Source of the DNA: an uncultured cyanobacterium
Lineage (GTDB): Bacteria; Cyanobacteriota; Cyanobacteriia; CAKZMO01
NCBI GenBank assembly: GCA_963719515.1
Contig: CAVRCJ010000009.1
Location: forward strand, 1 to 26,421
DNA: 26,421 nucleotides
Direction: 5' to 3'
The notes beneath the pieces were generated by a model. The model searched no databases and had not been told where the DNA came from. It worked only from the letters and a program-made list of their open reading frames with translations. Numbering within the stretch: position 1 is the first letter of the stretch; each line of letters starts with the position of its first letter. Made by a program: the position numbers and the translations under genes. Of the stretch, positions 8,201 to 16,098 are shown piece after piece.

Positions 8201-9160
8201 GCCCATCGCTACCACCGTACGCACCCCAGCGACCATTAAGTGGCTAGCGATGCTGTCCTGTGAAAAGTTTGTCAGCGGTTGACAGTCGTTGAGCAGACAC
8301 AGCGGCACTGATTTCTCCCGCAGCAGCAGCGCTAAGCGGTCCACATCCACTAGGGTAGCGGTGCCCCTTCCGCCCCCCTCCAGTAGCAAAAAGGCCTTTC
8401 GGTCCTCATATTTGGGAATTGGGCTGCTTTCGGACGCCGAATCTTGATCCGCCGCAGGCGCTCCCCCACCGCTCATCGCCTGCAGTTGCGTACAGGTGAG
8501 CAGCGTGCCCTGAGCATCGAAGTGGACGATGTGATAATAGCCCTCTTTGCCCTGCAGGTGGTTCTCTAGCGCTTCGTAGGTGGCGGGCCGCAGCAGCTCC
8601 ACTCTCACCGGCAGCTGGGCTCTCTCGATCGCTTCCACAATGGGGCGGGCCATCGTCCGGGGGTCCGCATTCGGGTCGTTTCCTGGTCGCGCCGTCACCA
8701 ACAGTAGGTCTAGGTAAGGCGAAGCCTCCATGCCGTCGTAGAGCGACTCAGGGGAACCCAGTCTACGGACCAAAGTACATTGTGTCGCTAGCGGCTCCTC
8801 TAGCTCTGGGTCTCGCAGCGCTTCCCAATGTATGGCCTGAAATTCGAGGGACTGGCTTTCGATGCTGATTTCGAGCTGACTGAAGCGATCGCGCAGTTGA
8901 CGGTACTGAGCGTAAGCGGCTTCGCTGCTGTGAAAGATCTGGTTAAAAAGCTGCTCGCCGTAGTCTTTGCGGCTGCCTAGGCCACCTTTCTTTGCCTGAG
9001 ATAGGTCAGTCTGTTGTTTAGCGTGCTCTGCCAGGCTCTCTACGTCCTCACTGACCGGATTCACGACCGTGATAGGGTATTCGCTTTCGTAGTCAAAGCT
9101 CACTGTGGCTTCAAAGCCCTGATCGCTCTGGTGGCGATCGCTAATCGTGATGGTATGCAT
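5252..9160 (-). CDS. CHAT (caspase-like) - STAND/NB-ARC NTPase - TPR protein (NLR-like), CHAT probably inactive
   Basis: IHWEALRDP, LLVTARP, YHIVHFDAQG, LLNDCQP, VVAMG, DWLLPAVY (CHAT); LLGRDLD, GEAGVGKT (Walker A), LLMLDG (Walker B), VLLTSR, LSGSPLA (STAND); about 9-10 C-terminal 40-aa TPRs. Confidence 0.9.
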   Translation of the reverse strand: MHTITISDRHQSDQGFEATVSFDYESEYPITVVNPVSEDVESLAEHAKQQTDLSQAKKGGLGSRKDYGEQLFNQIFHSSEAAYAQYRQLRDRFSQLEISIESQSLEFQAIHWEALRDPELEEPLATQCTLVRRLGSPESLYDGMEASPYLDLLLVTARPGNDPNADPRTMARPIVEAIERAQLPVRVELLRPATYEALENHLQGKEGYYHIVHFDAQGTLLTCTQLQAMSGGGAPAADQDSASESSPIPKYEDRKAFLLLEGGGRGTATLVDVDRLALLLREKSVPLCLLNDCQPLTNFSQDSIASHLMVAGVRTVVAMGDLAEAGTTFLEHLYAQLLAGQLPHDAVYKARRSLYERQRHSPVQQLVNTEDWLLPAVYCSEDVDLNLRELTPQEAAFFEAQKQPSSEAPEADAPVPEAPSPRALNPKALGQSLLGRDLDILKVERALDRHNILLLLGEAGVGKTALLHHLRWWWPTIRFAEKLFYFDCDERPQTVEQIVSDLSQELYNPLELKEFQALPLPKQIDRLGELLRANRYLLMLDGLTALTAHSPEISAVLASHQRQALKYCLQVLAGGLTKVLLTSRSPAPWLEAELSPPGDGASGITRHVLRRLVPDARLPLARSILGAQRDEKAIAALSQDPGFEPLIALLSGSPLAMKVVLPQLRQQTPREVLAELQAQPESLPDRADASLTEKIIECAAYFHAHPSPKAQLLLLGLAPFKGGFRQDFLPEYFQQLKQHNLFQDYSFEQFEAAIAEAISKGLLSRLAEDQPQMLAIQPVLSYFLGAKLRTLGPQTQWGLRQAFKTHYRKTSGHYRSLINSTAGHERRIGLACCRLEYENLSQALKICLEEQDSIDIFYALRDFLRITHDLKGGVALSQFVYDKLTQYPETVKVGKLGLDTAMVAGDLATCHLLSKNYPSAEELYWEAITLAEALTGIEEKSRQLKLLAVSFHQLGIVEQKQKRWEQAKGHFTQSLTIKAKYEDTYGQACTYHQLGVVAQQQWQWQQAIEYFDQALTIKIESGDFPGQANTYYQLGVVAQEQRQWQQAIAYFNQALAIKIKYGDRFGQARMYDRLGTIAQEQRQWQQATEDYTLALSIYGESGDRAGQARTYHNLGVVSQERRQWQQATRHYEQALELYIEQSDRPSQARTHYNLGAVLREQRQWQQATVHCHQALDRYVEQGDRAGQAQTYFQLGLLTQEQQRWSPAKDSYGKALAIYTEFGDRYSQARVYSQLGHLAEACGDWPMAAEHYLEDLRITMEFQDEAGRQVSTQNVARVYREYREEGFLARATEILEQHAEELG
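5461..6300 (-). repeat. 120-bp intragenic TPR-coding repeats
   Basis: GCCTGCTGCCACTG exactly at 5661, 5781, 5901, 6021 and 6141, with a variant at 6261. Confidence 0.85.
5489..6022. repeat. HIP1 octamers GCGATCGC (example cluster; frequent across the window)
   Basis: Copies at 5489, 5609, 5729, 5969 and 6015, and many elsewhere. None noticed by eye inside the three IS elements. Confidence 0.85.
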
Positions 9161-9564
9161 GGGAGGCTGCAGGTAGGGAGCTTCAGGACAGTAGGGGCGC
9201 TGGGAAAGTTATGGTTAGGGGGCCGCTCCTCATACTTGCAAGCTTTTTTGGGGTTCTCAGGATAGGTAGCGGGTGAGAGGACGCTGAATTGTAAACTCGC
9301 TCCCCTGAGCCGAGTGGCCCTTGAGCAACATCGCACCCCTTCAAAGCCGCGCTCGCCCCCAATACTGTGGCCGTGGCGTCAATCCCCGCAAGCTCTGTAT
9401 TACAGTTAAGGTCGCAGGTCGGTGTACCGCTAATCATGGACGTTTCGCGGCACGCTGACTGTCTCATCTGATGGCGATCGCCCGTGCCCCTAGAAGCTCC
9501 GCCGTCCGTCACGCGCTCGATTGAGCCTAACGTCCCTCTTCTGCCCTCTCAGAGCCCCATCAAC

Positions 9565-11250
9565 ATGATTCTCTCTATTTGGCGACGGCGCTATCTCGGC
9601 ACCGCCCTGCTGCTGGCGCTTTTGGCTATGGCCTGGCCTGCAAGGGCTGCAGAGCGAATTCTGTTTTACTACAGCATTATTGAGCGCTCTCTTGACGTCA
9701 GCAGCTTGGAGGCGTTTGCCGAAGATGGCACCGTCAACGGGCAGCTTGGCAGCTACTTTGCCATTGCTGGAGTTAATGAAGAACAGCGAGCGGCCTTTCG
9801 AGCGGCGCTTCAGCGGCCCGCCCCCATCGAGCCCGCCTTGCTCTCCCGCATCCTCTACACCCCCATTGGCGAAGATATTTTGACCAAGTTTCTCGGCGAT
9901 CTGCTGCGCACCGAGGCCGGGCTCAACGGGAAGTTTTCTCTGAGGGCAGCGCTGGTGCTTGCGGCGCAGGACGAGGAGGGTCTCTCAACGCTCAACTTCT
10001 TGCGGTATCTGCCTACCGATATGCGCGTTAACCTGCAGTCGGTCTTGAGTTTGGCTCGAAACGTCGAAGCGGTTGTTAACGCGACGCTGTTTTCAATTGA
10101 AACGATAGAAGTTCTCTCTGATGAAGAGGCGCGCGGGGACGTCGCCGTGGACTACGCCGCCCTACCGCAGCTGGATCAGTCGGGGCCCTACGGGACGCGA
10201 TCGCAGCGCTGGGAGCTAGTTTCTGAGCGGCAAGATCCCGTATCTGGCCAACTCTATCAGCGTAAATTCTACGTCGACGTGGTTCGCCCTGACCGATGGC
10301 AACCAGGGAAAACGCCTGTGATTGTGTTCTCCCACGGCCTGTCGTCAAGCCCCCGGCACTTTTCAACGTTGGCCGCGCATATGGCCTCCCACGGCTATGT
10401 GGTGGCGATGCCGCAGCATCCCGGTAGCGATGCCCTCTACCGCAATCAGCTAATCAAAGGCTTGACCAATGCTGTGTTCGAAGTCGGAGAGTTTGTTGAT
10501 CGTCCCTTGGATGTGAGTGACGTCATTGATGAGCTAGAGCGCCGCAATGAATCAGAATTTGAAGGGCGGCTCGATCTTGCTCACGTCGGCGTGGGAGGAC
10601 ATTCTTTTGGGGGCTACACGGCCCTCGCCGTAGCTGGGGCAACCATCGACTTCGACTTCCTCTCGGCTGACTGCGGCGATCGCTTCAGCTACCTAAATAC
10701 CTCGCTGCTGCTGCAGTGTCAGGCGCTAGAGCTACCTCGACAGGACTACGAGTTTCGCGACGAGCGGGTGCAGTCTGTGGTGGCAATGAACCCGGTGAAC
10801 AGCAGCATCTACGGCCCTGAGGGGCTACGCCAAGTTCAAATTCCGGCCCTCATCCTTTCGGGAAGCCACGACCCGGCAACGCCTGCTGTGTTTGAGCAGT
10901 TTCGCACCTTCCCTTGGCTGGCCTCCGAGGAGCGGTACCTGGGCTTGATTGAAGGTCAGGCCCACATTGATTTTTCGGAACTTGATGTCGGCATCACGGA
11001 CACCATCAATTCAATCAATGGCCTCACCCTAGCGGACCCCAGAATTATAGCCACCTATTCCTGGGGGTTCAGCCTGGCGTTCTTTGGCGTGCATGCTGCG
11101 CAGGATGAGAGCTATCGCCGCTACCTGCAGGCGTCCTATTCCGACTTTTTGAGTCAAGATCAGGGCTCTTCGCTGCACTTGGTCAGCGAAGCTATGACTC
11201 CGGAGCTAGAGTCGGCGGCAGCGCGGTTGGCGGGTAGTCCACTGAATTAG
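9565..11250 (+). CDS. DUF1400 alpha/beta hydrolase (secreted)
   Basis: Signal peptide ...AWPARA-AERI, DUF1400-like N-domain, VFSHGL, PQHPGS, DRPLDVS, nucleophile GHSFGG, SGSHD, GQAH. Start taken at ATG 9565. Confidence 0.88.
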   Translation: MILSIWRRRYLGTALLLALLAMAWPARAAERILFYYSIIERSLDVSSLEAFAEDGTVNGQLGSYFAIAGVNEEQRAAFRAALQRPAPIEPALLSRILYTPIGEDILTKFLGDLLRTEAGLNGKFSLRAALVLAAQDEEGLSTLNFLRYLPTDMRVNLQSVLSLARNVEAVVNATLFSIETIEVLSDEEARGDVAVDYAALPQLDQSGPYGTRSQRWELVSERQDPVSGQLYQRKFYVDVVRPDRWQPGKTPVIVFSHGLSSSPRHFSTLAAHMASHGYVVAMPQHPGSDALYRNQLIKGLTNAVFEVGEFVDRPLDVSDVIDELERRNESEFEGRLDLAHVGVGGHSFGGYTALAVAGATIDFDFLSADCGDRFSYLNTSLLLQCQALELPRQDYEFRDERVQSVVAMNPVNSSIYGPEGLRQVQIPALILSGSHDPATPAVFEQFRTFPWLASEERYLGLIEGQAHIDFSELDVGITDTINSINGLTLADPRIIATYSWGFSLAFFGVHAAQDESYRRYLQASYSDFLSQDQGSSLHLVSEAMTPELESAAARLAGSPLN

Positions 11251-11299
11251 CGCCCATAGCTTACCCGAAATTTTGTGGCTCCAATAGGGGGCTATAGGC

Positions 11300-12781
11300 G
11301 AATGGCACTGACATAAGCTGTATCAGGCTGCCAGTTTAGCTTTGAGGACAGAACGCGGTTGCTGCATGCGAGGAAAAGGCTTGGGTCTGCGTTTGACCAC
11401 TCTCGGTTCGTGGCGATTGGGGCGAAAGGGAACGATGAGCTGAGCAATCAGACGCAGCAATATCTGATACTGCTGGGAGCGTTGCTGGTGGGTTGCGCCA
11501 ATAAATGCAGGACGGGCGTGATTCAGCTGCTGTCTTGTGCCCTGCAGCGACAAGCGCAATGCCGCTGCTGTTGAGCGCTCCGAGGCTTGCCACATCAAGG
11601 TGCGCAGCAGATTGTAGGCGAGCAGGTGCATCCATAGGTCCTTTTTGACCATCTGTGGGGTCTTGGCTGCAATCATCTCCATGCCTAGGGTGGTTTTGAG
11701 GTGCTTGAGGTTGACCTCAGTGGCCTGCCAGCGCTGGTGATAGAGGTCAATGAGCTTGGCCTTTGGATAGCGTTTGGGATCGCTTAAGGTGGTCACCACA
11801 ATGATCTCAGTTGGCCGAAATCCGCGCTGAGTAATCAGTAGATGCACTTCCCTCACCTCCAGATACAACGGCAGCGACTCAAACGCTGCGCTGCTCATTG
11901 AGGCTGGACAGCGGGCGGGGCGCTGCCAAACGACCCGGTGGTCGCCAATGCCCAGCTTCTTGCCTCGGCGAAAGTCGCAGCGGCGAGCATGATGCTTGCG
12001 AAACACTCCATCAGCACCAGCCGCCTGGACAAGCGCTAAGTCAGCATAGGTGCCATAGGCGGAATCAGCTACCACCACATCCTCTGGAGCCAAACAGGCA
12101 TACAGTTGCCGCGCCAGTTGCCATTCGCTGGTGCCAAACGGAGCAATGGCCGCTTCGAGTACCGCTCCACTGGTCAGACAAAACCACACCACCACCCGGG
12201 CGATGGGAAACCCACAGCCGGGCTTTTGCGTACTCACCTGCGGATATTCCGCCTGATTGGCAGCAGTATCGCTCATCTGTACTCCGGTGCCATCAAACGC
12301 TTTCACCCGTCTGCCACACCAGTACTGCTCAACTGGTACTTGCGCGTGTAGGGCACTCGCGCTGCGCTTGAGTAACGATGGGAGAATCGCCCAGGGCAGC
12401 CGTTTGCGGGCTTTGCTATACCCTCCAGTATCCGATGACGGCACCGCCTCACCTGTCATCGCCATCCAGGTGGTCACCCGCTTGACTGCGTTGCTCAGGC
12501 TGCTGTCACCATCTATCACTTGCGATATCCACGCCCACACAACCACCATCGGCGTGTAAAGCACTTGTCGATAAGTTACTTGGTGTTCCTCTAGCACCTG
12601 GGCAATTTGAGATTCGCTGAGCACCTGGGCAAACGGCAGGCCCAGACTGTTTTGGTATTGCTGCTTGAGAATTTCGGCTCGATTCGGCATAGTAGAGACA
12701 GTATTTTGTGGCTTTGATCCCCTGATTGTCCCTAATCATGGGGCTCGAAGCCTTTTTTTGTCTCTTACGTCAGTGCCATTC
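11300..12781 (-). mobile_element. IS4-family insertion sequence, intact, with target duplication
   Basis: IRs GAATGGCACTGACATAAG / CTTACGTCAGTGCCATTC (17 of 18 match). Direct repeat GGCTATAGGC at 11290-11299 and 12782-12791; alternatively an 8-bp DR with ends at 11299 and 12782. Confidence 0.93.
11323..12690 (-). CDS. IS4-family DDE transposase
   Basis: VKAFDGT, VVADSAY, YHQRWQATEVNLKHLK (YREK-like) and C-terminal EPRVVKRRPK; uninterrupted 455 aa. Confidence 0.93.
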   Translation of the reverse strand: MPNRAEILKQQYQNSLGLPFAQVLSESQIAQVLEEHQVTYRQVLYTPMVVVWAWISQVIDGDSSLSNAVKRVTTWMAMTGEAVPSSDTGGYSKARKRLPWAILPSLLKRSASALHAQVPVEQYWCGRRVKAFDGTGVQMSDTAANQAEYPQVSTQKPGCGFPIARVVVWFCLTSGAVLEAAIAPFGTSEWQLARQLYACLAPEDVVVADSAYGTYADLALVQAAGADGVFRKHHARRCDFRRGKKLGIGDHRVVWQRPARCPASMSSAAFESLPLYLEVREVHLLITQRGFRPTEIIVVTTLSDPKRYPKAKLIDLYHQRWQATEVNLKHLKTTLGMEMIAAKTPQMVKKDLWMHLLAYNLLRTLMWQASERSTAAALRLSLQGTRQQLNHARPAFIGATHQQRSQQYQILLRLIAQLIVPFRPNRHEPRVVKRRPKPFPRMQQPRSVLKAKLAA

Positions 12782-12821
12782 GGCTATAGGCTTATTCGTA
12801 GCTAGTAGAAAGCGCCATTGG

Positions 12822-12856
12822 AAAAAGCGATAGAGGGCGCTCACCTCTATCGCTTT
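12822..12856 (-). terminator. Intrinsic terminator
   Basis: AAAGCGATAGAGG / CCTCTATCGCTTT stem. The A-run at 12822-12826 gives a U-tract on the minus strand, just past the stop at 12893. Confidence 0.75.
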
Positions 12857-12892
12857 ACTTAACCAACGGTTAGGCTGAATTGACCGAAAGCG

Positions 12893-13330
12893 CTACGCCT
12901 TAGGGGGACGCTCCTGCGTGAAGGTCTCCCAAGCCGCTTTTGCTGCCTCAGAGAGGCGATCGCCAAACGTTGCAACGTCGTCCACCAGAGTTTGCCAGTT
13001 CTTCTCGGCCTCAAGCTGCAGCTGGGCGATCGCCTTCTCAAGTTCGTTGGGGTCAACCAACTTGTTGTGCTCGACGTTTTGGCGCGCCTGCCGCACTGCG
13101 CTGAGGTACGCATCGCGGGCCAAGTCCCCTGCTGCCGTGGCTTCAGACATTGCTCGGGTGCGAATGGCTTCGGCAAGCCTTTGGGTCTCCGCACTGAGCA
13201 CTTCCGGGGTTGCTGGGACTTCGGGCAGTGTTGTAGGATCGTTCGCCCCCCCTGCTTTTACAATGGCCTCGTCTTCTGGGGCAGCGCCCGCCTCAGGAAT
13301 GCCTGCATTCAAGTTGTCGTTCGGTGTCAT
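12893..13330 (-). CDS. Cyanobacterial helical hypothetical protein
   Basis: AAGGAG RBS before the ATG; amphipathic helices ETQRLAEAIRTRA...RDAYLSAVRQAR...GDRLSEAAKAAWET; followed by a terminator. Confidence 0.8.
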   Translation of the reverse strand: MTPNDNLNAGIPEAGAAPEDEAIVKAGGANDPTTLPEVPATPEVLSAETQRLAEAIRTRAMSEATAAGDLARDAYLSAVRQARQNVEHNKLVDPNELEKAIAQLQLEAEKNWQTLVDDVATFGDRLSEAAKAAWETFTQERPPKA

Positions 13331-13402
13331 AAAATTGTCTCCTTAATCATCAATGGCGTCGGTCAGCACCGCTTTAGCACTGTTGAAGCAAGCCACTCTA
13401 TA

Positions 13403-13440
13403 AAAGCACAGTCAACAGGAAAGCACAGTCAACAGGAAAG
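13403..13440. repeat. 17-bp perfect tandem duplication
   Basis: AAAGCACAGTCAACAGG x2 plus AAAG. Confidence 0.85.
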
Positions 13441-13473
13441 TGGGCGGCTTGCCAGTCGAGCTGCCCAAGCTCA

Positions 13474-14352
13474 TTAGCGGGCCGTATTGCTTACGCTTTG
13501 GCTCACGCCTTCCTCAAGCTGCAGTAGTCGATTGACTCGATCTTCAGTAGAGGGGTGGGTCGAGAACAGGTTGTTGAGCCCAGCCTTAGGAAGGGCGTTC
13601 ATAATCAACAGGGGCTCAAATGCCGGGTTGGCCTGGATGGGCATGCGGCGAGCGCTTTGGTCTAAACGCTGCAGGGCACTTGCCAGCGCTCGGGGGTTGC
13701 CCGTTAGCTCAGCCGCACCCGCATCGGCGCTGTACTCTCTGGTGCGGGAGATGCCAAGCTGAATGACGGTGGCGGCCATGGGCGCTAGCATTACCGTGAG
13801 CAGTAGACCGAGCGGATTAGCTCCCCGGTTGTCGTCTCTTGACATGCCACCAAACCACATGCTGTAGCTCACCATCTGCGCCAGGAACGATACGGCCCCG
13901 CCCAAGGTGGCCGCTACGGCTTGGGTTAGGGTATCGCGGTTGCGAATGTGAGTCATCTCATGGGCCAGCACGCCTTCAAGTTCGTCGGCAGGCAGCATGT
14001 CCATGATGCCCTTAGTGACGGCCACAGCGGCGTGCTCGGGGTCGCGTCCGGTGGCAAAGGCGTTGAGAGACTCGGTCGGAATTACGTAGACGGCGGGCAT
14101 GGGTAAGCTAGCGCGATCGCTTAGCTTTTTCACCATGCGGTGTAGGTCCGGGGCTTCAGTAGGGCCAACGGGCTGGGCGCGGTAGACCGACAGCGCAATG
14201 CGGTCTGAGTAGTACCAAGAGCCCAAGTTAGTCGCAGCGGCGATCGCCACGCCGATTAGCACGCCGCCTGTGCCACCAATCGTCCAGTAGCTAATAGCAA
14301 TCAAAAGACCGCTCAGCAGTCCTAGTAAACCGACTGTTTTGAACTGATTCAT
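13474..14352 (-). CDS. htpX: Zinc metalloprotease HtpX (M48)
   Basis: NAFATGRDP, VLAHEMTH (HEXXH), SRTREYSAD, FSTHP; GAGG RBS. Confidence 0.93.
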   Translation of the reverse strand: MNQFKTVGLLGLLSGLLIAISYWTIGGTGGVLIGVAIAAATNLGSWYYSDRIALSVYRAQPVGPTEAPDLHRMVKKLSDRASLPMPAVYVIPTESLNAFATGRDPEHAAVAVTKGIMDMLPADELEGVLAHEMTHIRNRDTLTQAVAATLGGAVSFLAQMVSYSMWFGGMSRDDNRGANPLGLLLTVMLAPMAATVIQLGISRTREYSADAGAAELTGNPRALASALQRLDQSARRMPIQANPAFEPLLIMNALPKAGLNNLFSTHPSTEDRVNRLLQLEEGVSQSVSNTAR

Positions 14353-14593
14353 TCTTTTACCTCGTACGTGCGCCTCGGCGGGCTAGCCCACGACTGAGTT
14401 AAAATCGGTGCTAATCGGGCTAAAGCGCTTATACCCCTATAATATCTAGGGGATCTGGGAGGTTCACCTCTACTGAGGGGGAGAAAACCGCCATAGGCTG
14501 AGTGGGGATTTCCGGAGCTGGTCTTGGGCCGTCGGGTTTAGCTTGTTGGCCTTGGGTGAAATTTTTTAGCTACTAGACAGGAAGCCCCGCGCT

Positions 14594-14776
14594 CTACCCG
14601 TCAGGGTGAGCGTCGGGATGAGAGTCGCGGTCGTCGATGGGGCTCAATGCCCCGGAGACGACCAAACTTCGGATGTACTCCCTAAGGACATCGTTGATAG
14701 TTCTTTCGGTCATCTCACAATACTTGTCAAGATGCTGCTTTTCTCTGTCAGCGGCTCTAATAGTTATTTGCTGCAT
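14594..14776 (-). CDS. Ribbon-helix-helix (CopG/Arc-like) protein
   Basis: QITIR beta-strand, EKQHLDKYCE helix, RTINDVLREYIRSL helix; the tail runs into the left-end hairpin. Confidence 0.75.
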   Translation of the reverse strand: MQQITIRAADREKQHLDKYCEMTERTINDVLREYIRSLVVSGALSPIDDRDSHPDAHPDG

Positions 14777-14809
14777 GTCGTTCTGATGTCAATATGCTAT
14801 CATTATTGC

Positions 14810-16006
14810 ATGAAAGTCACCCATCAGTACAAGTTGCGTCCAGCGGCTGAGCAAACGGTTACCATGACCCGATGGCTAGATATGCTTCGGGCACAGTACA
14901 ACTGGTTGCTGGCTGAGCGCTTCGACTGGTGGGAGATGAACCGCTGTTCGGTCAACGCCTGCCCACTCACCTGTAGCCTTGCGCCACTCAAAGATAATCC
15001 TAATTACTACAGCCAGAAGGCTAGCCTAGTACCTCTCAAGCGAGAGCGACCCTGGTACAAAGATTTGCACTCACAAGCGCTTCAGGAGGTGACGAAGCAG
15101 GTAAAGCAGACGTTCGAGCGTTTCATCAAAGGTGATAGGAATGGTAAGCGTAGCGGCAAGCCTCGGTTCAAAGGCGCGGGGCGCTACAGGACGTTCACGT
15201 TCCCGCAGATGAAACCTGACTGCATCGATGGAAGTCGTATTACCCTGCCTAAGATTGGCCAGGTGAAGCTAATCCTTCATCGCCCGATACCTGATGGGTT
15301 TACTGTCAAAACGGCCAAGGTGACTCGCAAAGCAGATGGTTGGTATGTGAGCCTGTTACTGGAAAACAATGCCGTTCCGATGCTTACTCCGGACGTCGAT
15401 AGGGCTAAGTCTGTCGGTGTTGACGTTGGGCTGAAGGATTTCTTGGTTACCAGTGACGGTGAGAGCGTTCCTATCCCTCAGTTCTTTCGACGCTCAGAGC
15501 GGCAGCTATCCAAGCTGCAGCGGCAGCTATCGAGACAGAAGAAGGGCTCTAACCGCTGGCGTAAGCAGGTAAATCGCATCGCCAAACTGCATCTGAAAAT
15601 ATCGCGTCAGCGTCGTGATTTCTTTTCTAAGGTGTGGGATTGGCTGTTTTCAAAGTACGATGTTGTCGCTCATGAAAAGCTCAACATCAAAGGACTTGCT
15701 CGAACCAGACTGGCAAAGTCAATCGCTGATGCCGCATGGGGTACATTCTTGGAGATAGGCTCTTTCAAAGCCGCGAAAGCTGGAAAGATGACCATCGCTG
15801 AGAACCCACGCGGAACCAGCATTGATTGCTCGGGTTGTGGTGAGCGGGTACCAAAGACGCTGGCCGATCGGGTCCATAGTTGCCCATCATGCGGCTTAAC
15901 GATCTGTCGCGACCACAACGCGGCTATCAACCTATTGAATAGGGCTGTGGGACATCAAGCCCTTAATCTCTCAGGGAATGTCTCAGCGGTAGCTGGGAGT
16001 CACTGA
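14810..16006 (+). CDS. tnpB: RNA-guided endonuclease TnpB (398 aa)
   Basis: Real start MKVTHQYKLRP at 14810; GKPRFK; RuvC I VGVDVGLK, RuvC II AHEKLNIK, Zn finger CSGC/CPSC, RuvC III RDHNAAIN. All three catalytic residues are present. Confidence 0.93.
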   Translation: MKVTHQYKLRPAAEQTVTMTRWLDMLRAQYNWLLAERFDWWEMNRCSVNACPLTCSLAPLKDNPNYYSQKASLVPLKRERPWYKDLHSQALQEVTKQVKQTFERFIKGDRNGKRSGKPRFKGAGRYRTFTFPQMKPDCIDGSRITLPKIGQVKLILHRPIPDGFTVKTAKVTRKADGWYVSLLLENNAVPMLTPDVDRAKSVGVDVGLKDFLVTSDGESVPIPQFFRRSERQLSKLQRQLSRQKKGSNRWRKQVNRIAKLHLKISRQRRDFFSKVWDWLFSKYDVVAHEKLNIKGLARTRLAKSIADAAWGTFLEIGSFKAAKAGKMTIAENPRGTSIDCSGCGERVPKTLADRVHSCPSCGLTICRDHNAAINLLNRAVGHQALNLSGNVSAVAGSH

Positions 16007-16070
16007 GGAAGCCCACGCTGTATGCGTAGCATCAGCGTCGGGAGGATGTCACAGAGGATTGGAGTGCAGC
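15941..16070 (+). ncRNA. TnpB omegaRNA/reRNA scaffold plus flanking guide (ends approximate)
   Basis: Stem AGGGCT (15941-15946) / AGCCCT (15958-15963); its loop GACATC (15951-15956) can pair with GATGTC (16045-16050) as a pseudoknot. Further stems CTCAG/CTGAG and TCTCAGC/GCTGGGA. Guide would start at 16053 (AGAGGATTGGAGTGCAGC). Confidence 0.7.
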
Positions 16071-16098
16071 GTACCCCACCGCAGTGGGGACAATTTCT

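Larger units (their letters stand above)
14579..16052 (+). mobile_element. IS200/IS605-family non-autonomous element (RHH + tnpB, no tnpA)
   Basis: Related subterminal hairpins: left GGAAGCCCCGCGCT..AGCGTCGGGA, preceded by TAGAC (14574-14578), and right GGAAGCCCACGCT..AGCGTCGGGAGGATGTCAC ending at 16052. No TSD; the left boundary is approximate. Confidence 0.8.

Noticed and set aside
2644..9160. NACHT + pdeM + CHAT-STAND as one multi-gene defence operon
   Set aside because: Mixed orientations, a truncated NACHT and intervening elements; no evidence of co-transcription.
14434..14452. CCCCTA-N7-TAGGGG dyad upstream of htpX as CIRCE/operator
   Set aside because: Does not match CIRCE (TTAGCACTC-N9-GAGTGCTAA); 6-bp arms are too short to support a call.
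14606..14809. 68-aa N-terminal extension of TnpB
   Set aside because: It is the antisense of the RHH gene; the typical TnpB N-terminus starts at 14810.
15497..15535. 21-nt internal repeat in tnpB (AGCGGCAGCTATC x2)
   Set aside because: Explained by the helical heptad RQLS-RQLS coding sequence.
14810..16006. Nuclease-dead TldR or Cas12f/k
   Set aside because: The D-E-D triad is intact, IS ends are present and there is no CRISPR array.
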